Positions 21,517-29,233 of a stretch of DNA of 39,335 nucleotides are shown here, piece by piece (the first letter of the stretch is position 1; each line of letters begins with the position of its first letter). Where the stretch lies: positions 1 through 39,335 of IMG/VR virus record IMGVR_UViG_3300032240_000687, one strand, 5' to 3'. Made by a program: the position numbers and the translations under genes. The notes beneath the pieces are model-generated. The model was given only the letters and a program-made list of their open reading frames with translations, was not told where the DNA came from and did not search any database. Source of the stretch: a virus. Lineage: Duplodnaviria; Caudoviricetes.

Positions 21517-22440
21517 ATGGCACGTTATAATACCGTAGTATCGTCTACGTCAACAACGACAACAGCATCATTGTTAACACCTGCCGCAGGCTTGTTTACA
21601 AAATTTACTGGAACTGCTCCATATACTGTGACCATCGGTGACCCAGTACCTTATGCTGGTCAACAACAGGTATTTTATAACGGTACAAACGGAGATGTTA
21701 CAGTAACATTTACGCCAGTTAGCGGAGGCGTGTTTATTGGGCCTGCTTCAAGCGGTAGTACTAGCCAAATAATTCCAACGCTTACTAGTTTAACAATTTA
21801 CAGTGACGGAACAAATTGGGTAACAGCATTTGACGGTGGTGGTCCATTAGTGGCTACTACTGGTACATTTAATAATACAGTTTCATTAACTGCCTCAACG
21901 GGAACATTTGCAATTAACAGTAACAAGTTTACAGTTGCTCATGCTAGTGGTAATACACTAGTTGCTGGTTCACTTACTGTAACTGGCGCAGTAATTTTAA
22001 ACAGCACTGATAGTGTTACTGTTCCAGTAGGCACAACTGCACAGCGTAACGGTACAGCAGTAACAGGTATGATGCGTTATAACAGTGATAGAAAATACGT
22101 TGAAATTTATAATGCACAGGGTTGGCAATCAGTTGGTGTAAATTCATGGAACTATGTAGATTTTGCTAACGCCGGCGGCAATGCTGTAGCAGGAGACTTC
22201 TGTTGGGTAAGTACAAGTAGTAGTGCAGTGACAATTACATTACCATCAAGTCCGCTTAAAGGTGATACGATTCGTTTTGTTGACGTGGCAAGAACATTTA
22301 ACGCTAGAAACTTAACTGTATCACGTAACGGTCAGCCAATCCAAGGTGACGCGGCAGATTTAACAGTAAATACAAACGGTGCGGCATTTGATTTAATTTA
22401 TTATAATGCAACATACGGTTGGAGAATCTTCTCAATCTAA
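21517..22440 (+). CDS. Short tail fibre / adaptor protein with gp9/gp10-like C-terminal domain (307 aa)
   Basis: 'VPVGTTAQR...GMMRYNSD' fibre motif; C-terminal 'VTITLPSSPLKGDTIRFVD...NLTVSRNGQPIQG...L.Y....GW' domain common in phage fibre and baseplate proteins. Confidence 0.7.
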   Translation: MARYNTVVSSTSTTTTASLLTPAAGLFTKFTGTAPYTVTIGDPVPYAGQQQVFYNGTNGDVTVTFTPVSGGVFIGPASSGSTSQIIPTLTSLTIYSDGTNWVTAFDGGGPLVATTGTFNNTVSLTASTGTFAINSNKFTVAHASGNTLVAGSLTVTGAVILNSTDSVTVPVGTTAQRNGTAVTGMMRYNSDRKYVEIYNAQGWQSVGVNSWNYVDFANAGGNAVAGDFCWVSTSSSAVTITLPSSPLKGDTIRFVDVARTFNARNLTVSRNGQPIQGDAADLTVNTNGAAFDLIYYNATYGWRIFSI

Positions 22441-22458
22441 AAAGATTATTGGAAAATT

Positions 22459-23238
22459 ATGGCAAACTATCAAGATTACAGACAGGTACCCGCAGACCAG
22501 ATTGCAAACACGTCTGTGACCAATGCAAAATTAAGCATAGATGCACGTCATTGCTTTTGTACACAATGGGTATTTGGAAGTCCGGATCAGTGCGCAGTGG
22601 GTTGTTGCTGTCAATGGCAAGTACCAACAGGAGTGCGCAGATCATTTTTTGAAGCATGGGGTGCGGGCGGTAATGGACACGGCTCGTGTGTATGCGATCG
22701 TTGCTCACGTATGAAAGGTGCAGGCGGCGGATTTTATAATAGTAAGATGATTTCAGTTTGCGATGCATGGCAATATACAGTATGTGCTGGCGGCGTATAT
22801 CGCTGTTTAAGTATAGAATGTCAAGCATGTAATGGATGTTCTAGTTATGTTAATGGATGTAATTTAAGTAATTTTTGTGCTTTTGGTGGTGCTACAGGCT
22901 GTCAAGAAAGCAGTTTCTTAAGCCCATGTTTTAGTTACTGGGAATGTTGTCTAGGTCCTGTATCTAACGGCGGCGATTTTGGTATGGGTAACCATGCTGG
23001 AGTATGGTCAGGAGCATGGAACTGTCACTGCCATTGCCAGTGGACAACAATGACAGCGGCTCCTTTCTTAGGCGGTAGCAATGAACATCATGCTCAAGTT
23101 TGTTGGATGCGTTGTGGTTGCTGGACAAGCCCGTATGGGATGGGCGGCGGCGGAGCATTTAGCTCTTATTGTGGTACAGTATGTTGTGGCCAAGGCGCCA
23201 CAGGTGGTGCTGGCGTAGTTAAAATAACATACATGTAA
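22459..23238 (+). CDS. Cys-rich glycine-rich-domain protein 1 (putative fibre-tip adhesin), 259 aa, 30 Cys
   Basis: Glycine-rich domain skeleton 'W.VP.GV....FEAWGAGG.G...GAGGG.Y...G.TGG.G.VKITY'; Cys counted from the translation. Confidence 0.7.
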   Translation: MANYQDYRQVPADQIANTSVTNAKLSIDARHCFCTQWVFGSPDQCAVGCCCQWQVPTGVRRSFFEAWGAGGNGHGSCVCDRCSRMKGAGGGFYNSKMISVCDAWQYTVCAGGVYRCLSIECQACNGCSSYVNGCNLSNFCAFGGATGCQESSFLSPCFSYWECCLGPVSNGGDFGMGNHAGVWSGAWNCHCHCQWTTMTAAPFLGGSNEHHAQVCWMRCGCWTSPYGMGGGGAFSSYCGTVCCGQGATGGAGVVKITYM

Positions 23239-23258
23239 ATAGGAATAATAAATGGCAA
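23216..23258 (+). repeat. 43-nt direct repeat, copy 1 (gene junction: stop + TAAATA + SD + start)
   Basis: TAGTTAAAATAACaTACATGTAAATAGGAATAATAAATGGCAA; one mismatch to 24015-24057. Confidence 0.9.
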
Positions 23259-24037
23259 CATATTCAAGTTATAGAGTACTAGATCCAGACGAAATTGCTG
23301 ACGGTGCGTTATGCGATGCAAACTTTAATGCTGACGCGGCTAAGAATTTTGGCGTACTATGGGTTTATGGCGATCCTGGTAACTGTACTCCAGGTTGTTG
23401 CTGTCTATGGACAACTCCAAGTTATGTACAAAAAGTAACATTTGATGTTTGGGGTGCCGGCGGAAACGGGCACGGTGCATGTGTATGTGATCGTTGTCAG
23501 CACTTTCAAGGCGCAGGTGGCGGCGGATATGTTCAAAAATCTTTAGCTACATGCCCAGGCTGGCAATATACAGTATGTGCAGGTGGCGTTTATCGTTGCA
23601 ATAGTGTGGAATGTGTAGCGTGTATGGGATGCGCTAGTTATGTTAACGGATGTAATATAAGCGGAAACTTCTGCGCATGCGGAGGAACTGCTGGATGCTC
23701 TACTGGCGACTGGAATACTTATTGTAACGGCTGTTTTGCCTATTGTCGTGGCCCGGTCGATAACGGAGCAGATATGAATTTAGTTCCATGGGCTCCACCG
23801 TGGACAGGAGCAAACGTATTTTGTCATTGCCACAACCAAGAAACTATGCAAGGTACTGCTCCACTTATTGGAACACAAACTATTGGAATTTTACGCGAAT
23901 GTTGGATGCGTTGCGGTTGCTGGACAAGCCCATACGGTAACGGTGGTCAAGGTGCTATGAGTACATATTGTGGTACAGTATGTTGCGGTCAAGGTGCTAC
24001 CGGCGGCTCAGGTTTAGTTAAAATAACCTACATGTAA
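23252..24037 (+). CDS. Cys-rich glycine-rich-domain protein 2, 261 aa, 29 Cys
   Basis: Colinear paralog of protein 1: GCCC, CVCDRC, CHC, CWMRCGCW and YCGTVCCGQG conserved. Confidence 0.7.
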   Translation: MATYSSYRVLDPDEIADGALCDANFNADAAKNFGVLWVYGDPGNCTPGCCCLWTTPSYVQKVTFDVWGAGGNGHGACVCDRCQHFQGAGGGGYVQKSLATCPGWQYTVCAGGVYRCNSVECVACMGCASYVNGCNISGNFCACGGTAGCSTGDWNTYCNGCFAYCRGPVDNGADMNLVPWAPPWTGANVFCHCHNQETMQGTAPLIGTQTIGILRECWMRCGCWTSPYGNGGQGAMSTYCGTVCCGQGATGGSGLVKITYM

Positions 24038-24057
24038 ATAGGAATAATAAATGGCAA
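24015..24057 (+). repeat. 43-nt direct repeat, copy 2
   Basis: TAGTTAAAATAACcTACATGTAAATAGGAATAATAAATGGCAA, 799 nt after copy 1. Confidence 0.9.
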
Positions 24058-24860
24058 GCTATACGAGTTACAAAGCAGGTAGGGTTACAGCAGTTAATAT
24101 TGTTGCTGGAGCAATTACTAATGCACAATTAGCACCGGGAGTACGAAATACTTATAGTACATTCTGGGTTTACGGTGATCCTAACTTTTGTACAACAGGA
24201 TGCTGTTGTTTGTGGACGGTTCCGGGCGGCGTGAAAGCTGTAAAATTTGAAGCCTGGGGCGCTGGCGGTAATGGCGCAGGCGCTTGCGTATGCGATCGAT
24301 GCCAACACTGGATGGGATCCAGCGGAGGCATGCACAATCATGTATCAGTATGCGCTCAACCAGGATGCCAATATACAATTTGTGCGGCAGGTGTATATCG
24401 ATGTTTAAGTATAGAATGTAGTTCATGTAACGGATGTACCAGTTATGTCAACGGCCCAAATATAAGTAATTTCTGTGCTTGTGGCGGCGGCGGCGGCTGT
24501 TCAAACGGTAGCTGGACAGATTCATGTGCATCATATATGGATAGTTGTCAAAATTCAGGAACTCCTGGAGGACACTTTTCAAACTTTACACACAACGGTG
24601 CATATTCTGCGGCAGGTCCTTATACATATCCAGGTGATGCATGTCACTGTTGGAAACGATACAATCAGTCAACAGCGGCTTCCGGATTAAATACTGGCGG
24701 CAACTATACCAGTCTTGCAGAATGTTGGATGCGTTGTGGTTGCTGGACAGTACCGTACGGCGCAGGCGGAATGAGCGCACAAAGTACATATTGCGGTACA
24801 GTATGTTGCGGGCAGGGCGGAACAGGCGGTTCCGGACTAGTCAAAATAACATACTTTTAA
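24051..24860 (+). CDS. Cys-rich glycine-rich-domain protein 3, 269 aa, 27 Cys
   Basis: Third colinear paralog with the same Cys motifs. Confidence 0.7.
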   Translation: MASYTSYKAGRVTAVNIVAGAITNAQLAPGVRNTYSTFWVYGDPNFCTTGCCCLWTVPGGVKAVKFEAWGAGGNGAGACVCDRCQHWMGSSGGMHNHVSVCAQPGCQYTICAAGVYRCLSIECSSCNGCTSYVNGPNISNFCACGGGGGCSNGSWTDSCASYMDSCQNSGTPGGHFSNFTHNGAYSAAGPYTYPGDACHCWKRYNQSTAASGLNTGGNYTSLAECWMRCGCWTVPYGAGGMSAQSTYCGTVCCGQGGTGGSGLVKITYF

Positions 24861-24862
24861 TT

Positions 24863-24870
24863 AATAAATA
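24863..24870 (+). promoter_or_regulatory. Late promoter core AATAAATA, followed by SD AGGAGA
   Basis: Intergenic; 20 nt upstream of ATG24891. Confidence 0.55.
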
Positions 24871-24890
24871 AGACACTAGGAGATATACAA

Positions 24891-25607
24891 ATGCCAATGG
24901 TTTCAGTAGAATACGAGTACAACATACCTAATCAGTTTTATACTGATCATAGCTTTACGCAGGGTAAAAAACGTACAACGACCTATGATGGTCCTGATAA
25001 GATTTTTCTTATCGTTGATGAAATCACCGGAAAGGAAACTCACGGTCCTATCACGGAAGAAGAAAAAGCGGACGGTCGTCCGTTGCCGTTAGGAAGCAGA
25101 TATTTTGAAGTAGATTGTATCGAAAATCCATTATTTTGCCAACTTCGCGCACCTATTATTGACGAAGCTGAAGACGATCATACTCATACTGTAGTTCATC
25201 CAGACAGCCCAAATATTCCAGGCTACAAGCAATTAACTTATCAAGAGCCTTTACTAGTACGCAACATTTACGACAAGTATTGCACTGAAGTAAATTTAGA
25301 AACTGGAGAATTAACCATTCCAGTGTTTACTCCGCTTGAAGCATTGTTTGGTCATGCTATGAAAGAAGAAGTAACATGGGACTATATTCGTCGTAAACGC
25401 GATTACGAACTTAAAGCTACAGATGGCATAGTCAATGTTGATACTCCAAAAAAATTAGCAGATGTTTGGATAGCATATCGTCAAGCATTGCGTGATTTGC
25501 CAGTAGTATTAAAAGATGTTCCGCCAGCAATCGCACTAAGAATGTTCCCAGTGCATCCAGATGACGGCAAACCACCACAAGGTGAGTATACACAACCTAT
25601 CATTTAA
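24891..25607 (+). CDS. Tail fibre assembly chaperone (phage tail assembly chaperone-like C-terminus) with extended N-terminus
   Basis: Signature 'WDYIRRKRDYELKATD....W.AYRQALRDLP....FP..P'; located directly after the fibre genes. Confidence 0.8.
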   Translation: MPMVSVEYEYNIPNQFYTDHSFTQGKKRTTTYDGPDKIFLIVDEITGKETHGPITEEEKADGRPLPLGSRYFEVDCIENPLFCQLRAPIIDEAEDDHTHTVVHPDSPNIPGYKQLTYQEPLLVRNIYDKYCTEVNLETGELTIPVFTPLEALFGHAMKEEVTWDYIRRKRDYELKATDGIVNVDTPKKLADVWIAYRQALRDLPVVLKDVPPAIALRMFPVHPDDGKPPQGEYTQPII

Positions 25608-25620
25608 TTAGGTAATTACC

Positions 25621-25654
25621 AAAAAAAGCACAATTTAGGTTGTGCTTTTTTTTT
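25621..25654 (+). terminator. Rho-independent terminator (potentially bidirectional)
   Basis: AAAAAAAGCACAA(T)-TTAG-(G)TTGTGC followed by a run of 9 T. Confidence 0.9.
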
Positions 25655-25671
25655 GACTATGCTATACTAGC

Positions 25672-25679
25672 TATAAATA
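25672..25679 (+). promoter_or_regulatory. Exact T4 gp55-type late promoter TATAAATA
   Basis: Perfect consensus between the terminator and ATG25704. Confidence 0.8.
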
Positions 25680-25703
25680 TCTCACAATCTAAAGGGTATA
25701 CTA

Positions 25704-26735
25704 ATGTCAAGATCTTCAGCGTTTTTTATCAACGGCGGCGCCGGCCGTGTTATATGCTCTATTCCAGCTTTTGAGAAATTCATAGAAGAATCGCCCGAGG
25801 ATGATTTTATTATTGTATGCGAAGGCGGCATGGATTTCTTCAAAGGACATCCAACGTTACATAATCGTGCCTACGATGTAAGTCATAAAGGACTGTTTGA
25901 ACAATTTATTAAAGATAGAAATTGCATTACACCTGAACCTTATAGATTGTGGGAATATTACAATCAAAAATGTAGTCTAGCACAAGCATTTGATATTATT
26001 ATCAATAATAAAGGTATAAGAAAACTCCTAGATCCAAAAGTTTATATTAATAAATTAGAAATGGTACAGGGTGCTAGCGTGGTAGAAGAAATTAGACAAG
26101 TTACAGGGTTTGACAAAGTTATTGTTATCCAACCTTTTGGACGTAGTGTTGAAACAGTAGGTGATTTTATTATTGACAGTACTTCACGAAGTTTCCAACT
26201 AAACAATGTTATTAGTATCATCGACATTCTTAAAAAAGAATACGGTGTGATCATCATGAGCGAAGTTCCGTTAAAACTAACAGACAATGACGCTGGCAAA
26301 TATCCAGTTGCCCAACCACAAATACCTAACTTACGTGGCTGGACTGGCGTTATTCAAGTAGCAGATCATTTCTTAGGTTGCGATAGCGTGGGTCAACACA
26401 TTGTTAAGGCACTTGGAAAAACAGCTACCATTATTACTGGTAGTACATATCCTATTAACATTTCTTATCCTGACGATCCAGATTTTGACATTATTGATGT
26501 AGGCGCAGGCAAACGTGTGTATAGCCCAATTCGTGTAGCTATGGATGAAGAACGTGATCGTCTAAATGACGAAGTTATGGAATTAAATGAAAAACAAATT
26601 AAAGAAGTAGTTGATTCAATACGCAAGCGTCTTGGTAAATCATCTAAAAAAACTACAACCGCAGAAGTTGAACAGAAAAAAACTAAACTAGTGCCTGGTA
26701 CTACTCCAGTGCCTACATATAACACAGGAAAATAA
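25704..26735 (+). CDS. GT9-like (ADP-heptose transferase family, GT-B fold) glycosyltransferase
   Basis: N-terminal 'INGGAGRVICSIP' (compare G.GD....P), central 'VIQPFG' and C-terminal 'ADHFLGCDSVGQHIVKALGK' (D-S...H.A.A signature). Confidence 0.75.
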   Translation: MSRSSAFFINGGAGRVICSIPAFEKFIEESPEDDFIIVCEGGMDFFKGHPTLHNRAYDVSHKGLFEQFIKDRNCITPEPYRLWEYYNQKCSLAQAFDIIINNKGIRKLLDPKVYINKLEMVQGASVVEEIRQVTGFDKVIVIQPFGRSVETVGDFIIDSTSRSFQLNNVISIIDILKKEYGVIIMSEVPLKLTDNDAGKYPVAQPQIPNLRGWTGVIQVADHFLGCDSVGQHIVKALGKTATIITGSTYPINISYPDDPDFDIIDVGAGKRVYSPIRVAMDEERDRLNDEVMELNEKQIKEVVDSIRKRLGKSSKKTTTAEVEQKKTKLVPGTTPVPTYNTGK

Positions 26736-26737
26736 TT

Positions 26738-28552
26738 ATGAGTTTATGGATTGCAGGCGTAACACGCGGCCACAATGCAGGTGTATGTCTATTAAAAGAT
26801 GGCGAGATTGTATTTTCAAGCGAAGAAGAACGTTTTAGTCGACACAAATATGACGGCGGCCCATTTGCGGCCATGGTAAAAATTAAAGAGTACACAGATA
26901 AACTAGATTATCTAGTAATTGCACATACACAGTCGTTAGAATCAAGCGCGGCCCGGGTAGACTTTACAGGTGATGATGTTTATACTGGTCTAGCACGTAA
27001 ACTAGGACTCATTGATCAAAGCCCAGGTATTGACATTTACAATCATCCACAAGTTATTGATTACAGTGAGCAACATCATAAGTTGCATGCTTCTATTGCG
27101 TTTTATCGTAGTGGATTTAAAGAAGCCGTTGCTGTTATTGTTGATGGTGCCGGAACATTTTTAAAAATTAATTCTTCTAATGGTCCTTCAACAGCATGGG
27201 AATTAGAAAGTATATTTGAATGTCGTTATCCTGCTGAATTTAAAACCTTATATAGACATATTGGAGGCAATGGCCCGTGGGTGCAAGCACATATACCAGA
27301 TATGGATTCTTCTGCAATCAAAGGAGAATACGGCACACACGAATGTATTATAGACGATACTGCTGGAATTACTAAGGCATATGAAGCCGTTACACGTTAC
27401 TGCGGCTGGCAACCAATTGAAGCAGGGAAAACTATGGGATTGTTTCCGTACGGTAAACCTAATGACAACATTCCTAAACTGTATACTGACATTAACGGCA
27501 AAGCAAAATGGAAAACTACTGATAGAAATATAGTTGTACCAACATATCCTAACGGAGCAGTTATTAATGACGGTCGTTATGAAGAACTAGCTACTCCTGA
27601 AAACTATAGTAAAGATGTAACGCTATTACAAAATCGTAGAGACATGGCATACGCTGTACAAACGCAAAGCCAAGAAATGGTGGTCGATTTAATTCGTAAA
27701 GCTGTTGAAATGTCTGGACATAATAATGTTGTAATTTGCGGCGGCTATGGATTAAATTGTGTTGCTAACTATCATTATTTAGATGCACTTAAAGACGAAG
27801 GCATCAACTTGTATGTTGAACCAATTAGTAGTGATGCTGGCACTTGTATTGGAGCCGCACTAGCAATGCATTATCAAATTACAAAAGATAAAAGAGTACG
27901 TCCTTATGCAGAAAGTCTATACTTAGGCCCTAAGTATTGTTATAGTGACGAGCAAATTCAAGCTACTGCTGACAAATACGATGCTGATAATGTAGAAACA
28001 GTTACTAAAGAACAAGTAGTAGCACTATTACGTAAGAAAAATATTGTTGCCATGTTCCAAGGCGGTGCGGAAGCTGGCCCACGTGCGCTAGGCAATCGTA
28101 GTTTGTTATTTGATCCAACAAATCTTGATGGTAAAGACTATGTTAATCGTGTAAAACGTCGTGAATATTTCCGTCCATTTGCCGGAAGCATCTTACACGA
28201 ACACGCACACGAGTGGTTCGATATGCGTGGGCTTGAACAAAGCCCGCACATGATGTATGCCATGAATTGTCAACCCGGCGTTGCTGAAAAGATTCCTAGC
28301 ATTATTCACGTGGATGGTACTTGCCGTATACAAACAGTCAAGCGCGAACAAAACGAACATTACTATGATTTGATTACTGAGTTTTATAAAGCTAGCGGTA
28401 TGCCTATCTTGTTTAATACCAGCTTTAATCTTGGAGGCGAACCGTTAGTTGAAACACTAGACGATGCACTACGCACACTTGCCAATAGTGAAATAGAATA
28501 CTTGTACTTGCCAGAGTACAGCAAATTAATCAAGGTGTCTAACAATGGATAA
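26738..28552 (+). CDS. O-carbamoyltransferase, NodU/CmcH/TobZ family
   Basis: Motifs EEERFSRHK, HHKLH, VDGAG, GGYGLNCVAN, DAGTCIGA, EAGPRALGNRS, VKRREYFRPFA, HVDGTCRIQTV, NTSFNLGGEP. Confidence 0.95.
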   Translation: MSLWIAGVTRGHNAGVCLLKDGEIVFSSEEERFSRHKYDGGPFAAMVKIKEYTDKLDYLVIAHTQSLESSAARVDFTGDDVYTGLARKLGLIDQSPGIDIYNHPQVIDYSEQHHKLHASIAFYRSGFKEAVAVIVDGAGTFLKINSSNGPSTAWELESIFECRYPAEFKTLYRHIGGNGPWVQAHIPDMDSSAIKGEYGTHECIIDDTAGITKAYEAVTRYCGWQPIEAGKTMGLFPYGKPNDNIPKLYTDINGKAKWKTTDRNIVVPTYPNGAVINDGRYEELATPENYSKDVTLLQNRRDMAYAVQTQSQEMVVDLIRKAVEMSGHNNVVICGGYGLNCVANYHYLDALKDEGINLYVEPISSDAGTCIGAALAMHYQITKDKRVRPYAESLYLGPKYCYSDEQIQATADKYDADNVETVTKEQVVALLRKKNIVAMFQGGAEAGPRALGNRSLLFDPTNLDGKDYVNRVKRREYFRPFAGSILHEHAHEWFDMRGLEQSPHMMYAMNCQPGVAEKIPSIIHVDGTCRIQTVKREQNEHYYDLITEFYKASGMPILFNTSFNLGGEPLVETLDDALRTLANSEIEYLYLPEYSKLIKVSNNG

Positions 28553-29233
28553 TAATTTATGGATTTTCGGTGATAGTTTTTCAGCACATCCAGAAGAAGA
28601 CTGCGGTTTTAATGTATGGCCCGAATTGGTAGGCAGACATTTTAAATTAACTCAATATGTTAACTGGGCACAAGTGGGTGTGTCAAACGATTTCATTTTT
28701 CACGAATTCACATCTCGCATAAACGAAATGAAAGAAGGTGATTATGTGATTATACAGACCACTGCACAAAACAGACAGTGGTTTTTCGAAGACCCGGGAT
28801 TGGGTAACTACATGATTCGAAATCTTGCAAAATTCATAACTGCTGACCAAAAAAAGCAGTTGATTACTATATAGAACATTTGCAAAGTGACAAAGTTGAC
28901 TCTTTGCGATATGCACAGTTTAGTCTAGCATTAGAAAGAATTTCAACTCTTGCCAATCATTTAAGAATTTTAGTATTACCTGGATTTTATTCTATAGGAG
29001 GAGTAACTGGAACATTGACTGAAATTGCTGACAGTGAACATCAAGACAGCAGTAAAGAAGGAGTAGAATCGTGGTATAGAAATAACAATGGAAAAGATCC
29101 CCGTTACATGCATTTATCACAACAAAATCATGAAGTGCTGGCCAAAAAAGTTATTGAATTTTATGAAACCGGCAAGCATATCGATTTAACTGAAGGATTT
29201 TTTAAACATTTTTTAGGATCTAAGAATGATTAA
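28545..29233 (+). CDS. SGNH/GDSL-like hydrolase or acyltransferase, split by a -1 frameshift at 28850-28856 (229 aa if rejoined; otherwise pseudogene or sequence error)
   Basis: ORF 28545-28874 has 'IFGDSF' and 'GVSN'; ORF 28880-29233 has the 'DPRYMH' D..H block; a -1 shift at CAA AAA AAG gives continuous ...DQKKAVDYYIEHLQSDK... Confidence 0.7.

Noticed and set aside
22459-24860. Diversity-generating retroelement acting on the three similar adhesin genes
   Set aside because: No reverse transcriptase in the window, no non-coding template repeat, and differences between copies are not confined to adenines.
28880-29233. Independent 117-aa gene starting at TTG28880
   Set aside because: No SD, and it holds only the C-terminal half of an SGNH fold; better explained as the -1 frame continuation of 28545-28874.
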